Shown: positions 8,412-20,277 of the stretch, piece by piece | How positions within the stretch are numbered: the stretch's first letter is position 1 | How the letters are laid out: each line of letters starts with the position of its first letter | NCBI GenBank assembly: GCA_965648915.1 | Contig: CBFGIV010000008.1 | Coordinates: 1-64,000 of the forward strand | DNA length: 64,000 nt | From: a candidate division WOR-3 bacterium | GTDB taxonomy: Bacteria; Hydrothermota; Tepidihabitantia; SM23-42; CAYGYG01 | Direction of reading: 5' to 3' | Made by a program: the position numbers and the translations under genes | Notes under the pieces: generated by a model | What the model saw: only the letters and a program-made list of their open reading frames with translations | Databases searched by the model: none | Told to the model about the DNA's origin: nothing

Positions 8412-9492
8412 ACTGTTCACCCCTGGTCCGGTAGATATCCCGGAAGATGTAATTGAAGGTATGACCAGACCCTTGGTTTATCATCGGAGCAGGGAATTCG
8501 GGGAACTGTTGAGTAGGATTCGCAATAATCTGGCAATCATCCTCGGTACCAGGGGTGAAATCTTTTTCTTCACCGCTTCCGGGACCGGGGCAATGGAAGC
8601 AGCAGTTGTCAATCTCCTCTCACCCGGCGAAGAGGTCCTGGTTGCAGTCTGCGGGAAGTTCGGGGAGAGGTGGTTAAAATTGAGTGAGCGCTATAATCTT
8701 AAGACCTATTACCTGACGGTCAATTATGGTGAGTCGATACCACCGGAGCGCATCGAAGAGATCATTGTTGCCCATCCGCGCATCACCACCGTCTTCACTA
8801 CCCTGACCGAGACCTCAACCGGTGCATTAATGGATATAAAATCGATTGGCGCAATAACCAGAAGATTGGATAAGACCCTGGTGGTTGATGGTATTGCCGG
8901 GCTCGGCGCTGATGAGTTCTATATGGACGAATGGAATGTTGATGTTGTTGTTGGTGCATCCCAGAAGGCGTTTATGAGTCCACCGGGGATATCCTTTCTG
9001 GCGATCGATAGCCGGATCTGGAATCGAGTAGAACAGGCCCGGTTACCGAGATTTTACTGGGATCTAATCAGTTATAAAAAATTTGCCGGTGAAGGGCAGA
9101 CCCCTTTCACCCCGGCGATAAATACCCTCTTTGCATTTGAGATTGGTGTAAACAAAATCATTAAAAAGGGTTTGCCCCAGGTCTATCAACACCATCGTGG
9201 ACTGGCCGAAATTTTAAGATCCGAAGTCAAGAAGACCGGACTATCGATCTTTCCGGCCTCTCCGTCCAATGCTTTAACCGTGATCAAAATCCCCGATGGT
9301 ATTGATGGCACGCAGATTGTTTCATATGTCAAGGAGAGGCATAATATACTTTTTGCTAATGGTCAAGGCGATTTAAGAGGAAAGATAGTCCGGATAGGAC
9401 ATATGGGTGAATATACCAGCGAAGATATTCGGATGGCCTATAATGCCTTTGTCGAGGGTTGTGGAGTTGTCGGTTTGAAATGTCTAAGATAA
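8398..9492 (+). CDS. class V PLP-dependent aminotransferase (serine-pyruvate/AGXT-like)
   Basis: Small N-terminal domain motifs; length 364 aa; typical class-V fold signature segments. Confidence 0.7.
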   Translation: MAHYRLFTPGPVDIPEDVIEGMTRPLVYHRSREFGELLSRIRNNLAIILGTRGEIFFFTASGTGAMEAAVVNLLSPGEEVLVAVCGKFGERWLKLSERYNLKTYYLTVNYGESIPPERIEEIIVAHPRITTVFTTLTETSTGALMDIKSIGAITRRLDKTLVVDGIAGLGADEFYMDEWNVDVVVGASQKAFMSPPGISFLAIDSRIWNRVEQARLPRFYWDLISYKKFAGEGQTPFTPAINTLFAFEIGVNKIIKKGLPQVYQHHRGLAEILRSEVKKTGLSIFPASPSNALTVIKIPDGIDGTQIVSYVKERHNILFANGQGDLRGKIVRIGHMGEYTSEDIRMAYNAFVEGCGVVGLKCLR

Positions 9493-9502
9493 GGAAAGGA
9501 GT

Positions 9503-10534
9503 ATGAAGCGATATATTAAATTAGGTTATGAAGGAATTGAGTTAGAACTCCCTGTCCATGCCGTCTATCTCTATCGTGAGCCAAAACAGTTAGTCGAAAA
9601 TATTACTCCGCTGATCAATACCGGTATCAAGGAGAATGAGAAGTGTGTCTTTGTTGGTGGTAAGAGAGAATCGATGTTACTCCGGAAGGCGATCCGTTCA
9701 CCAAAATTTGAGATCATCTATGAGCGACGCCCGTCCCTTGACCGTATGCTGGCATGGCAGAAGAGTAAATTTGAAAAGGCGATCAACGAGGGTTATGATG
9801 GGCTAAGAGTCTTTATAAATCTTACCGGTAAGGAGGCAACATTTGATTTCGAAACAGTTACGGATGACTTCTTTTCCGACCCATCAACTGCTGGGCGGCA
9901 GATCTTCCTTCTCTGCCTCTATAATATATCGAACCTCTCAAGTTCCTTTTTACTCGATATTCTGAAGGTTCATCCTTTCGTCTTTGTTGAACAATTGTTG
10001 CAACCGAATGCCTTTTATAGCCGAATCAAACATACCATCTGGACCGATGCCTTGACTTCGGTCTTTAATCGTCGCTATTTTGATATCCAGTTAAAAAAAG
10101 AGCTTGAAAGGTCAACAAGGTATATGCGCCATCTATCAGTGATAATGGTTGACATCGACCATTTTAAGAAAGTGAACGATGAATTTGGTCATCAGGTAGG
10201 TGACCGGGTCTTGCTCGATATCGCCAAAATCCTTGAGCGCAACACACGGGTGGTTGATGTTGTTGCTCGTTATGGCGGTGATGAATTTGTTATCCTCCTG
10301 CCTGAGACCAAACGACGCGGGGCAGTGATAATCGCCGAAAGACTCCGTAAGGCGATATTTGACTACGACTTTTTCCAGAATGAACTGGCCGTGCGCGAGA
10401 TTGCGGTGAGTATCGGGGTTGCTTCTTTCCCGGCCGATGCCGGGACATCGGCCGATCTGATAAAGGTTGCGGACGACTTCCTCTACCAGGCAAAGCGGGA
10501 AGGTGGTAACCGGGTAATGACCCATAATATCTAA
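9503..10534 (+). CDS. diguanylate cyclase (GGDEF with intact RxxD I-site) with N-terminal MEDS-like sensory domain
   Basis: RVVD...RYGGDEF motif; N-terminal ~170 aa (VHAVYLY...LAW...VHPFVF) resembles the MEDS domain. Confidence 0.7.
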   Translation: MKRYIKLGYEGIELELPVHAVYLYREPKQLVENITPLINTGIKENEKCVFVGGKRESMLLRKAIRSPKFEIIYERRPSLDRMLAWQKSKFEKAINEGYDGLRVFINLTGKEATFDFETVTDDFFSDPSTAGRQIFLLCLYNISNLSSSFLLDILKVHPFVFVEQLLQPNAFYSRIKHTIWTDALTSVFNRRYFDIQLKKELERSTRYMRHLSVIMVDIDHFKKVNDEFGHQVGDRVLLDIAKILERNTRVVDVVARYGGDEFVILLPETKRRGAVIIAERLRKAIFDYDFFQNELAVREIAVSIGVASFPADAGTSADLIKVADDFLYQAKREGGNRVMTHNI

Positions 10535-10545
10535 TCGGAGGTCTT

Positions 10546-12960
10546 TTGTACGAACGTTTTACGGAAAGAGTGAGAAAAGTACTGCATCTTGCCCGGGAAG
10601 AGGCAGTGCAGTTGAGGCATAATTTTATCGGCACTGAACATCTGCTGCTGGGACTGATCAAAGAAGGCGAAGGGGTTGCGGCGATGGTGCTGGTAAATTT
10701 AGGGATCGACCTCAATGAATTGCGCAAGGCAGTCGAAAATTCGATGCGGGTCGGGCAGGAGAAGGTCAGTTTGAGCGAGATTCCGTTAAACAACGAAGCC
10801 CGGTCAGCATTGAACTATTCGATTGAAGAAGCCAAAAATCTCGGCCACACCTATGTCGGGACCGAACATCTTTTGATTGGTTTAATGCGGGAAGAGTCAG
10901 GGTTGGCTTCCCAGATTCTCCGTTCCCTGGGACTCGATCTTGAACTCTTGAGAAACGAAGTGATCCGGGTGTTGAAACCAGAGAGTGTCGCGGTCGGTAA
11001 AGAGAAGGTAAGGCCCAAGGGAATGGTTCTTGAGTTCTTCACCCGGGATCTGACCCAGCTGGCTCGTGAGGACAAACTCGACCCAATTATCGGCCGGGAG
11101 AAAGAGATCGAACGGGTTATTCAGATTCTTTCGAGAAGAAAGAAGAACAATCCAGTTCTGATCGGTGAAGCGGGTGTTGGTAAGACAGCAATTGTTGAGG
11201 GCCTGGCCCAGCGGATCGTGACCGGAGAGATTGCTGAGTCATTGAGAAACAAGCGGGTCCTGGCGCTGGATATGGCAGCGATTGTTGCCGGCACCAAGTA
11301 TCGAGGTCAATTCGAGGAGAGATTGAAAGCAGTCATCAATGAGATTGTCCAGAGCCACGAGATTATTATCTTTATTGACGAATTACACACGATCGTTGGT
11401 GCAGGTGCTGCCGAGGGGGCGATCGATGCTTCAAACATCCTTAAGCCGACACTGGCACGCGGTGAACTCCAGTGTATCGGGGCAACGACATTGGAGGAAT
11501 ATCGTCGCTACATCGAAAAGAATTCAGCACTGGAGCGTCGTTTTCAGCCGGTAATGGTCAATGCCCCCAATGTTGAGGAGACGATCCGGATATTAAAAGG
11601 TCTGAAGGAAAAATATGAAGAACACCACGGTGTATCCTATACTGAAGATGCCTTGGTTGCTGCGGCGCGTCTTTCGGACCGCTATATCAGCGATCGCCAT
11701 CTGCCCGATAAAGCCATTGATGTTATCGATGAGGCCGGGGCCAAGGTGAAATTGTCCCATTCACAATCGCCTCCGGAACTGGCAGAGATTGAGTCGCGCC
11801 TTAACGAGGTTCGTATAAAGAAGGAACAGGCGGTGAAGAATCAGGAGTTTGAAAAGGCTGCCGCCCTTCGTGATGAACAGACCAAGCTTGCCGAACTCAT
11901 CAGGAAGAAGCGGCAGAGTCGAGGTAGTTCGGGTAAGGTCCCAGTAGTTTCGGTTGAAGATGTTGCCTATATTGTTTCCAACTGGACCGGGATACCCGTA
12001 TCGAAGATCGAAGAGGCAGAGACCATTCGTCTCCTAAGGATGGAGGAGGAACTTGCCAAGAAGATTGTTGGTCAGGATCATGCTATTTCCGTAATCGCCA
12101 AGGCAATCCGGCGCAGTCGAGCCGGGATCAAGGATCCAAGACGGCCGATAGGTTCTTTTATCTTTCTCGGTCCAACCGGAGTGGGAAAGACGGAGATGGC
12201 CCGAAAACTTGCCGAATTTCTCTTTGGTGACGAAGATGCTTTGATCCGCCTCGATATGTCAGAATATATGGAGAAGTTTAATGTCTCAAGACTGGTAGGT
12301 GCACCACCGGGTTATGTTGGTTATGAAGAGGGTGGGCAATTGAGCGAAAAAGTTAGAAGGAGACCATATTCAGTCGTCCTCTTTGATGAGATTGAAAAAG
12401 CCCACCCGGATGTTTTTAATATTCTTCTGCAGATTCTTGAAGATGGTCAACTCACCGATGCCTTTGGCCGCAAGGTCGATTTCAAGAACACGGTCGTCAT
12501 TATGACCTCCAATATCGGCACCGCCGAGATCCGGAAAAGCGAAGGGATTGGTTTCAGCCGGGGCGGGCCTGAGGAGTCTTACGAGAAGATGCGTGATAAA
12601 CTTCTGGCCGATTTGAAGAAGGTGTTCAGCCCGGAGTTTCTCAATCGCGTCGATGAGACGATAGTCTTCAAAGCCCTCGGCTATAGTGAAATGGAGAAGA
12701 TCGTTGACATACTGATCAGTGAGATCGAAGAGCGGTTGTCGGAAAAGAAGATGCAGATTAAACTGGATGATGCGAGTCGCAGTCTTTTGGTTGAGGAAGG
12801 TTTTGACCCGGAATTCGGTGCCCGGCCGATCAAACGCGCCATCCGTCGGTTGCTTGAGGATCCACTGGCTGAAGAGATCTTAAAGGGAAAAGAGAAGGAA
12901 GGGATAATTGTGAGAGTAACCCGGACTGGAGATCGATTAAAATTTGAGTTTGAAAAATGA
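10546..12960 (+). CDS. clpC: ATP-dependent Clp protease ATP-binding subunit ClpC (AAA+ class I, UVR motif)
   Basis: TTG start after GGAG. Two Clp_N repeats, two Walker A/B modules ([16 protein letters not shown]) and a UVR-like middle segment. Confidence 0.9.
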   Translation: MYERFTERVRKVLHLAREEAVQLRHNFIGTEHLLLGLIKEGEGVAAMVLVNLGIDLNELRKAVENSMRVGQEKVSLSEIPLNNEARSALNYSIEEAKNLGHTYVGTEHLLIGLMREESGLASQILRSLGLDLELLRNEVIRVLKPESVAVGKEKVRPKGMVLEFFTRDLTQLAREDKLDPIIGREKEIERVIQILSRRKKNNPVLIGEAGVGKTAIVEGLAQRIVTGEIAESLRNKRVLALDMAAIVAGTKYRGQFEERLKAVINEIVQSHEIIIFIDELHTIVGAGAAEGAIDASNILKPTLARGELQCIGATTLEEYRRYIEKNSALERRFQPVMVNAPNVEETIRILKGLKEKYEEHHGVSYTEDALVAAARLSDRYISDRHLPDKAIDVIDEAGAKVKLSHSQSPPELAEIESRLNEVRIKKEQAVKNQEFEKAAALRDEQTKLAELIRKKRQSRGSSGKVPVVSVEDVAYIVSNWTGIPVSKIEEAETIRLLRMEEELAKKIVGQDHAISVIAKAIRRSRAGIKDPRRPIGSFIFLGPTGVGKTEMARKLAEFLFGDEDALIRLDMSEYMEKFNVSRLVGAPPGYVGYEEGGQLSEKVRRRPYSVVLFDEIEKAHPDVFNILLQILEDGQLTDAFGRKVDFKNTVVIMTSNIGTAEIRKSEGIGFSRGGPEESYEKMRDKLLADLKKVFSPEFLNRVDETIVFKALGYSEMEKIVDILISEIEERLSEKKMQIKLDDASRSLLVEEGFDPEFGARPIKRAIRRLLEDPLAEEILKGKEKEGIIVRVTRTGDRLKFEFEK

Positions 12961-15161
12961 TTGCCCTCTTTCTTGCTCTAGCTATCTTCAGTCAGGTTAT
13001 CGTTGACATAGACACAAAGTGTAAGTTTGTTGATCCCGATTTATTGATTACGACATCGGGCTTGAGCAAGGGGCAGAATTATGACCCGAAACTGATTGCC
13101 GATGCTATCCGTAAGTTATACAACCTCGGTCTCTTTGATCAGATAACGATTGATACCACCCTGATCGCGGATGGGGTCTATCTCACCATTGATGTTGTTG
13201 AAAATCCCACCCTGAAAGGTGAACCGATCTTTATCGGTAATAAGAAATTCAAGAATAAGACATTAAGAGAAAAAGTCAACTTAAAGGCTGGCGAGAATTT
13301 GTCGCGAAAAAAGATTTTTGATGCCCGGCAGGCGATAATCAATCTCTATCAGGAGAAGGCTTATTATCTCACCACGGTCCGGGATAGTCTTGGCGTGCCC
13401 GACAGTCTGAACCGGTCTGATCTTGTTTTTATCATCGATGAGGGGCAGAAGGTGAAGATTCGGCATATTGAGATCGAAGGGAACCGGTCGATTCCTGATA
13501 AGCAGATCAGGAAGAAGATGTCGAACAAAGCGAAGAGTTTTTTCAGATCAGGTAAATTCAAGGAAGATAAGTTCAGTGAGGATTTAGAGGCAATTGTTGA
13601 ATTATATCGGGAGAGAGGTTTTCTCGATGCCCGGGTTGTCAAGCATGAACTGAACCGTGATGCCAACTGGCTCAATATCGTGATCACGGTGGAGGAGGGG
13701 AAACGCTACTATCTGGGTGATATAAAATTTGATGGCTATGTGAATGTTACCCTTGATGCCCTGAAGAAGACAGTAAAGCAGAAAAAGGGTGAACCATACA
13801 ATGTCAAGAAGTTAAGGGAAACGGTTGATGAAATCCGATTCCTCTATATGGAAGACGGCTATATCTATGTCCAGATCGGTCCGGACGAGAAGGTGAATAA
13901 CGACACGGTCGATATCACCTTCCAGATAGTTGAGGGTAAACCAGCCCACATCAATAAAGTAATTATCACCGGTAATGAAAAGACCAACGAGAAGGTAATC
14001 CGACGAGAGATTGTTTCACTGCCCGGTGCCATCTTTCGCCGCTCAGAGATTATGCGAAGTCAACGCGATATATTCAATCTTGGATTTTTCGAAGATGTTA
14101 AACCCGATTATCGAATTGCCAATGATCAGGGAGATGTCGACCTGATCTATGCAGTTAAGGAGAAGACCGTGGGTTCAATCGGGGCCGGGGTCTCTTACTC
14201 TGCCCAGGACAAATTGACCGGTTACATCGAGTTTATGCATCCTAATATATTTGGACGAGGTCACCGCTTTTCCACTAAATTTGAAAAAGGTGGACGCCTC
14301 ACCAATATCGAGGCCGGCTATAATATACCGTGGCTTTTCGAAACCCGGGCTACTGCCGGGGCTGATATATACTATACAACCCGATTCTGGGATTATTACT
14401 ACAAACAGGACCGGGGAGGGATGCTCAGCCTCTCCCATCCTCTGGTGCTTGATTATACCCGGGGTTACTGGACTTTAAAAGTTGAACGGACCCGTATTAC
14501 CAATGTCGACCCGGCCTATCAACCACCTTTGGGTGGATATGATATCCGGAACGATACGGTTCCAAGGATTGCATTGATTCCGGGATTCTCCTTTGTGCGT
14601 GATAGTCGTGATTACTTCTTTAATCCTTCCCAGGGAACCTATATAAACTATTCGATAAATAATGGATTTATCTTCGGGGACACTGCATACCGTGACTATC
14701 TTAAACAGACTATAGAAACGAGGCTCTATCTACCGGTCTGGTGGAAATTTGTTCTTATGGCCAAAGGCCGGCTTGGTGTAGTGGAGAGTTCTAAACGTGT
14801 ACCGGTCTATGAAAGATTTTTTGCAGGCGGCACCGGGCCGGACGGAGTGCGGGGATATTCAGACCGTTCCCTCGGACCGCATCAGGGGAGTATAAATCTC
14901 GGGGGTAAGGCGCTGTTCGTAAATTCTCTGGAACTGAAACTTAAAATTACTCAGGGATTTGCAATACTGGCATTCTATGATATGGGTGATGCCTTTCAAT
15001 CAATCAAAGATATCAATTTTTATGCCCTGAAGCGGGGTAGTGGCTTAGGGGTAAGACTTGAGGTCCCGATGATGGGTGTGATCGGTTTTGATTTTGCCTA
15101 TGGTTTTGATAAGGAACCGCCTGGTTTTGAACCGCATTTCCAGATCGGAAGGAGTTTTTAA
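12957..15161 (+). CDS. bamA: outer membrane protein assembly factor BamA (Omp85; POTRA repeats plus beta-barrel)
   Basis: POTRA-like repeats, C-terminal surface-antigen barrel ending in an aromatic residue. Start overlaps the clpC stop (ATGA). Confidence 0.85.
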   Translation: MIALFLALAIFSQVIVDIDTKCKFVDPDLLITTSGLSKGQNYDPKLIADAIRKLYNLGLFDQITIDTTLIADGVYLTIDVVENPTLKGEPIFIGNKKFKNKTLREKVNLKAGENLSRKKIFDARQAIINLYQEKAYYLTTVRDSLGVPDSLNRSDLVFIIDEGQKVKIRHIEIEGNRSIPDKQIRKKMSNKAKSFFRSGKFKEDKFSEDLEAIVELYRERGFLDARVVKHELNRDANWLNIVITVEEGKRYYLGDIKFDGYVNVTLDALKKTVKQKKGEPYNVKKLRETVDEIRFLYMEDGYIYVQIGPDEKVNNDTVDITFQIVEGKPAHINKVIITGNEKTNEKVIRREIVSLPGAIFRRSEIMRSQRDIFNLGFFEDVKPDYRIANDQGDVDLIYAVKEKTVGSIGAGVSYSAQDKLTGYIEFMHPNIFGRGHRFSTKFEKGGRLTNIEAGYNIPWLFETRATAGADIYYTTRFWDYYYKQDRGGMLSLSHPLVLDYTRGYWTLKVERTRITNVDPAYQPPLGGYDIRNDTVPRIALIPGFSFVRDSRDYFFNPSQGTYINYSINNGFIFGDTAYRDYLKQTIETRLYLPVWWKFVLMAKGRLGVVESSKRVPVYERFFAGGTGPDGVRGYSDRSLGPHQGSINLGGKALFVNSLELKLKITQGFAILAFYDMGDAFQSIKDINFYALKRGSGLGVRLEVPMMGVIGFDFAYGFDKEPPGFEPHFQIGRSF

Positions 15162-16255
15162 TGAAGGATGTCAAAAAGATCACTACGATTAAAGATTTGT
15201 CCCGGGCGATAAAGGAGATCGTCGAGGGAAAGATAGAGGTTAATCGACATTTTGAGGTGGTGGGTAAGGGAGAAATCAAGGATCTGGCTGAGAGTCTGAA
15301 CCTTTTCTTAAAAAAAATTAACGAAGTGATATATGAGTTTAAGATTGACCTGCCGAAATTCAGCGAAATGTCAGAATCCCTGGCGGCGACATCCCAGGAG
15401 TTGAGTTCTTCTTCGGAGGAGATTTCCAGTACAATCCAGCAGATTTCTCAGGGATCGGGTCTCCAGCTGGAGAGTCTGAATAAATCGGTCGATGTTGCCC
15501 GGCAAACTTCGTTACTTACCGCCCAGACCAATGAGGCGGCCGCAAATAGTGAAAAGATTAGCAGCACAATTCTTGAACTCTCGAAGGCGGGTAAGGCAGA
15601 ATCTGAGGCAGCAATAACTAATATTGATAAGATTGTGCGCGGGGTTGATACTTTAAGGGAGAAGGTGGAGGTTGTTAATCAGCACGCCCGGAAGATTTCA
15701 AAGATAACCGAGACCCTTGATTCGATTGCCAGCCGGACCAATCTCCTCGCGCTTAATGCCGCAATTGAGGCGGCCCGGGTCGGGGTTGAAGGTCGTGGTT
15801 TTGCGGTTGTTGCGGATGAGGTGACCAAACTGGCAGAACGGAGTCGTAAGGAATCGGCTGAGATTGGTTCAATTGTTAAGGAAATCACCAAGTCGGTCAG
15901 TGAGATGGTTCAGGCGACCCAGACGACATCGGCGGAGATAAGTAATTCTCGCTGGGTCCTTCTCGATGCGGCGACACGCCTGAAAGAGATCTCGGAAAAG
16001 ATTACGGAATCGGTAACCGGTATCAAAAAGATATTTGAACTTTCCAAAAAAGAGAAAGAGTCGATCAATGAACTGGTCCAGATCCTTGATGGCGTTGCCC
16101 GGACTGCGACCGAGAATGCTTCACGGGCTCAAGAGGTTGCCGCGGCGGTTGAACAGGAGACTGCATCAATTGCCCAGCTCTCCGAAATGACCCAGAATCT
16201 CTCCGCTATTGCCGGTAAGATCAAGGGGATTCTCGAAAGATTTGAAACGACTTAA
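15161..16255 (+). CDS. soluble methyl-accepting chemotaxis-type signalling protein (HAMP-like plus MCP signalling domain, no TM/sensor)
   Basis: Highly conserved MCP tip [37 protein letters not shown]. Start overlaps the bamA stop (TAATG). Confidence 0.8.
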   Translation: MKDVKKITTIKDLSRAIKEIVEGKIEVNRHFEVVGKGEIKDLAESLNLFLKKINEVIYEFKIDLPKFSEMSESLAATSQELSSSSEEISSTIQQISQGSGLQLESLNKSVDVARQTSLLTAQTNEAAANSEKISSTILELSKAGKAESEAAITNIDKIVRGVDTLREKVEVVNQHARKISKITETLDSIASRTNLLALNAAIEAARVGVEGRGFAVVADEVTKLAERSRKESAEIGSIVKEITKSVSEMVQATQTTSAEISNSRWVLLDAATRLKEISEKITESVTGIKKIFELSKKEKESINELVQILDGVARTATENASRAQEVAAAVEQETASIAQLSEMTQNLSAIAGKIKGILERFETT

Positions 16256-16285
16256 ACCACCGACTTTAAAAGAGAACTTCAGAAT

Positions 16286-17257
16286 TTGATTATGAAGTTG
16301 GGTGCGGGATCGAGCATAGCCGATATTGGTGAACTGGGACTGATTGACCGAATCCGACAGCGAATGAAGGTGGGGGGCAGAGGGATCAAAGTTGGTATTG
16401 GTGATGATTGCTGTGTCCTTAAAGATGGCACGGTAATTTCGATCGACTCCTTTGTCGAAGGGATTCATTTTGATTTAGGGTATTTTGACTACTATTCCCT
16501 GGGCTGGCGACTTATGGCGGCGGCACTTTCCGATCTGGCGGCAATGGCCGCAAGCCCTCTGGTCAGTTTAATTTCATTAATGCTTCCATCAAAGATGAAG
16601 ATAGGGTCGATTGATAACTTTTATCGAGGTGCTGAGAAGCTGGCAATGAGATTTAACTGTCCAATCGGGGGCGGTGATACGGATAGTGCCAATCGCCTGG
16701 TAATTTCGATTGCGGTTGTTGGTAAAACCGATAAACCAAAATTACGTTCTGCGGCACAACCCGGCGATCTTCTTTATATTACCGGCTATCCGGGTTTGAG
16801 TGAAGTGGGTCGGCTGGTTTTGAAAAAGAGATGGTCAACCAGAAGATTTATTTCCGCCATAAATAAACATCTTACACCTCTACCCCGGATTAACGAAGCA
16901 CTCAGGCTGAAGAGGTCGATCAAGGCAATGATTGATACTTCTGATGGTCTCTCGACCGATGCCTGCCATATTGCCCGGGAGAGCAGAGCAAGGGTTGTGA
17001 TCGACTGGTCGAAAGTCCCAGTTCATAAGGAGGTGAGAGCCTTCTGCTCTCTTTTCGGTCTTAAAATAAAAGATTTTATTATGGCTGCGGGTGAAGATTT
17101 TGAACTTCTCTTCACTTCCCGCCGAGGCCTGCCCGGCCGGATCGGCTCACTGAAACTAAGCCAGATTGGTTATATTACGAAGGGGAATGGACTATTCGTA
17201 AAGGATGGGGGTAAGATCCAGAAGGTTAATCCCACCGGTTATGAACATTTGAGATAA
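16286..17257 (+). CDS. thiL: thiamine-monophosphate kinase
   Basis: PurM-like N-terminus with GIGDDCCVL motif and AIR-synthase-related C-terminal domain. Confidence 0.75.
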   Translation: MIMKLGAGSSIADIGELGLIDRIRQRMKVGGRGIKVGIGDDCCVLKDGTVISIDSFVEGIHFDLGYFDYYSLGWRLMAAALSDLAAMAASPLVSLISLMLPSKMKIGSIDNFYRGAEKLAMRFNCPIGGGDTDSANRLVISIAVVGKTDKPKLRSAAQPGDLLYITGYPGLSEVGRLVLKKRWSTRRFISAINKHLTPLPRINEALRLKRSIKAMIDTSDGLSTDACHIARESRARVVIDWSKVPVHKEVRAFCSLFGLKIKDFIMAAGEDFELLFTSRRGLPGRIGSLKLSQIGYITKGNGLFVKDGGKIQKVNPTGYEHLR

Positions 17258-18060
17258 TATATTCCATCGCAGATAAAGCGGGCCGGACCTTCAAGGTAGA
17301 TATCTTTAAATTCATTCTTTTTTAATCTCTTAAAGTGAATCATCAGTTGCCCGCCCCGTGCATGCACCTCAACCGGTGAGGTAAGATCGAATTGGAGTGA
17401 AGCAGAGATGGCTGCACCAATCGCTCCGGTTCCACAGGCAAGGGTTTCGTTCTCCACCCCTCTTTCATAGGTTCGGATTCTTATCATTCCTTTATCGACC
17501 TTTATAAAATTTACATTCGTCCCGTTGGGCTTGAAGGCATCAGAGTTTCGTATTGCGCGGCCAATATTTTTAACATCAACTTCTTCAATCTCCGCGACAT
17601 AAATTACATAATGGGGGATACCGACATCGATAAAGTCGCCCTTATATTCACCTGAAGGTAAACTAACTCTTTTTTCAATCTCGATAACCTTTACCGATTC
17701 AACCTTTAATTTGACATTATCGTTGATGATTTCGGCCTGATGTATCCCGCTTCGGGTTCGAAAGGTAAATTTTTTGTTCACCAGCCCCAGGCGTTCGGCA
17801 AATTTCGCCAGACACCGTGCGCCATTACCGCACATTGCTGCTTCATCACCGCCGGAGTTAAAATAACGCATAAAGAATGCGGTCTCTTTATCTCGTTCGA
17901 GGAGAATCATTCCATCGGCACCGACGCCAAATCTTCGATCACAGATTTTTTTAACAAAATCGGTAACCTTGATACCTTTCTGAAACAAATCTTTTCGATT
18001 GTCGATGAGGATAAAATCATTCCCGGTGCCTTCCATCTTGGTAAAGGGTATCAATTTCAT
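17239..18060 (-). CDS. dapF: diaminopimelate epimerase
   Basis: KMEGTGNDFILID N-terminus and both catalytic Cys contexts (CGNGARC, ACGTGA). Confidence 0.9.
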   Translation of the reverse strand: MKLIPFTKMEGTGNDFILIDNRKDLFQKGIKVTDFVKKICDRRFGVGADGMILLERDKETAFFMRYFNSGGDEAAMCGNGARCLAKFAERLGLVNKKFTFRTRSGIHQAEIINDNVKLKVESVKVIEIEKRVSLPSGEYKGDFIDVGIPHYVIYVAEIEEVDVKNIGRAIRNSDAFKPNGTNVNFIKVDKGMIRIRTYERGVENETLACGTGAIGAAISASLQFDLTSPVEVHARGGQLMIHFKRLKKNEFKDIYLEGPARFICDGIYYLKCS

Positions 18061-18596
18061 CTTTCCCTGATAAAAGTCAAATAGGCTTTGATATAACTTG
18101 CAAATGATAATATCAAAAGGGCGGTCATTAAGTAGACAACCGGCAGTTTAAGTGGTTCTATCTTCAAAACATAGATTATGACCATCAGACCGAAGACGAA
18201 GCCGGTTATCTTGCCTGGAATATTTGAAGGCAGGACCGATTCCTGGTACTTAATCAGAAAGAGACTGCCGGCGAGAATCAGGATGTCCCTCAGAAGAACG
18301 ATTATCAGGCACCAGAGGGGAAAGGCATCGGTAAAATAGAGGGTGATGAGGATTGCCGCGAGATTCAATTTATCTGTAACCGGATCGATAATCTTTCCAT
18401 AGAAGCTGATCTGGTTGAGCCGGCGGGCCAGATAGCCATCAATCAGGTCGGTAAGATAGGAGATCATAATAAAGATGAGTGCCCAGAGGCGTAGATTTTT
18501 GATAAGGAAATAGATGATAAAGGGAATAAAGACAAGGCGGGAGCCGCTGACGAGGTTGGCAACAGTAAAGAATTCTTTCGATTCACTCTCTTTCAC
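18057..18596 (-). CDS. pgsA: CDP-alcohol phosphatidyltransferase (PgsA-like)
   Basis: DLIDGYLARR...G...DPVTDK matches the Dx2DGx2ARx8Gx3Dx3D motif. Start trimmed to the GTG at 18596, which has GGGAG 7 nt upstream; the longer ORF would overlap recN by 85 nt. Confidence 0.7.
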   Translation of the reverse strand: MKESESKEFFTVANLVSGSRLVFIPFIIYFLIKNLRLWALIFIMISYLTDLIDGYLARRLNQISFYGKIIDPVTDKLNLAAILITLYFTDAFPLWCLIIVLLRDILILAGSLFLIKYQESVLPSNIPGKITGFVFGLMVIIYVLKIEPLKLPVVYLMTALLILSFASYIKAYLTFIRER

Positions 18597-20277
18597 CCAA
18601 CAACTCCCGAGCGTGGGCCAATGCTCTACTGGTAATCTTTTCACCACCCAGCATCCGTGCCAGTTCATTTATGCGCTCTTCAAAATTGAGTCTTCTAATT
18701 CTTGTGTTCGTCCTTCCCTGGCTGGTCTCTTTTGATACCAGATAATGGGTATCAGCATATTTGGCAATTTGCGGGAGGTGGGTGATGCAGATGATCTGTC
18801 GGATTTTGCCAAGGTTCGAAAGTTTTTTCCCCAGGGTCTCGGCCACCCTTCCACCAATACCGACATCGATCTCATCAAAGACCATAACTGGCACCCGGTC
18901 ATTTTCGGCAAGGACGGTTTTCAGGGCAAGCATGATCCTCGAGATTTCCCCACCCGATGCAATTTTGTTGAGCGGTTTGGCATCTTCACCGATGTTCGGG
19001 GCGATATAGAATTCGATGCGGTCAATTCCAACATCAGTAGTTTTGTAACCCCGACCATTATGGTGGACAATACCATCCGGATCCTCAATCGGGCAGTTGA
19101 CAATCTTAAACCGTGCCTTATCCATCCCGAGTTCCTTCAGGTGTCGTTCAATCTCCCGACTCAGACGAGGGAATATTCGGGCGCGTTTCTCGGACAGAGC
19201 AATCGCCTGCTGGTTAAGATGCACCTTCAGTTCATCGGCCCTTTTTTTGAGGCCTTCGACTCTTTCCTCGGAGTAACTGATGCGCTCAACCTCCGCTTTG
19301 ATTTTTTCGTAATAGTTTAATATCTCTTCAATTGTCGAACCGTATTTCTTTTTTAATCGGGCGATCAGATCGAGACGCCCATTGACCTCGTCTAACCTTT
19401 CCCGGGAGAGGTCGATCTTGCTATGGTAGTTGAAGATGGTGCGATGGATTTCGGCCAGTTGAATTTTAGTCTTTTCCGCTTCGTTATTCAATTCACCGAG
19501 CGAGGGATCGAGAGCGGTCAATTGGTTCAATAACTTTAAGGCGATTTCGAGTCTGGTCAGAATCGAATTTTCTTCTTCATACAACAACTTGATTAACTCT
19601 TCACTCAATTCAGCCCGACGGGCAGCAGATGAGATCAAATCCCTCTCTTTTCGTAATTCCTCATCTTCACCCGGTTTGAGTTGAGCCTTTTTGATTTCAT
19701 CGATTTGATATTGAAGGAGATCAATCTTCGTTTTGATTAAATTGACTTCGGTTACTGTCTCTTCAAGTTCACGAATGGTTGATTGATACTGATTCAGAGT
19801 CTGGGCGAGAGCTAACCGCTCCGGCTCAAGCCCACCATAACTATCGAGCAGGTCGATATGGTTTGCAACATTGAGGAGGGATTGATGTTCGTGCTGGCCG
19901 TGGAGATCAACGAGTCTTTCGCCGATCTCTTTCAGGAGACTTATGCTGGCAAGGGAATTATTTATATAAGATGACTGCCTTCTTCCTCGGCCGATAACCC
20001 GTTTGATAATGATCTCGCCCTCGGTTTCAATCCCGGCTGATCTGAGGCGGTCGATAGATCCGCGGTCAATCTTAAAAAGACCTTCGACTTCAGCCGATTC
20101 TGACCCGGTCCGGATAACCGTCTCATCCATCTTCTGTCCGAGAAGGGCGCTTAAGGCCTGGATGATGATGGACTTACCGGCGCCGGTTTCACCGGTGAGG
20201 ACGATCAGACCCGGTCCGAATTCGATTTCGAGAGATTCCATCAGGGCAAAATTCTTAATCTTTAAGAAACTAAGCAT
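18583..20277 (-). CDS. recN: DNA repair protein RecN
   Basis: N-terminal Walker A GETGAGKS, long coiled coil, C-terminal signature/Walker B region. Confidence 0.9.
   Translation of the reverse strand: MLSFLKIKNFALMESLEIEFGPGLIVLTGETGAGKSIIIQALSALLGQKMDETVIRTGSESAEVEGLFKIDRGSIDRLRSAGIETEGEIIIKRVIGRGRRQSSYINNSLASISLLKEIGERLVDLHGQHEHQSLLNVANHIDLLDSYGGLEPERLALAQTLNQYQSTIRELEETVTEVNLIKTKIDLLQYQIDEIKKAQLKPGEDEELRKERDLISSAARRAELSEELIKLLYEEENSILTRLEIALKLLNQLTALDPSLGELNNEAEKTKIQLAEIHRTIFNYHSKIDLSRERLDEVNGRLDLIARLKKKYGSTIEEILNYYEKIKAEVERISYSEERVEGLKKRADELKVHLNQQAIALSEKRARIFPRLSREIERHLKELGMDKARFKIVNCPIEDPDGIVHHNGRGYKTTDVGIDRIEFYIAPNIGEDAKPLNKIASGGEISRIMLALKTVLAENDRVPVMVFDEIDVGIGGRVAETLGKKLSNLGKIRQIICITHLPQIAKYADTHYLVSKETSQGRTNTRIRRLNFEERINELARMLGGEKITSRALAHARELLGERE

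Noticed and set aside
10290-10793. 167-aa minus-strand ORF spanning the GGDEF/clpC junction
   Set aside because: Arg/Pro/Ser-rich low-complexity translation, antisense to two well-supported genes, and no RBS.
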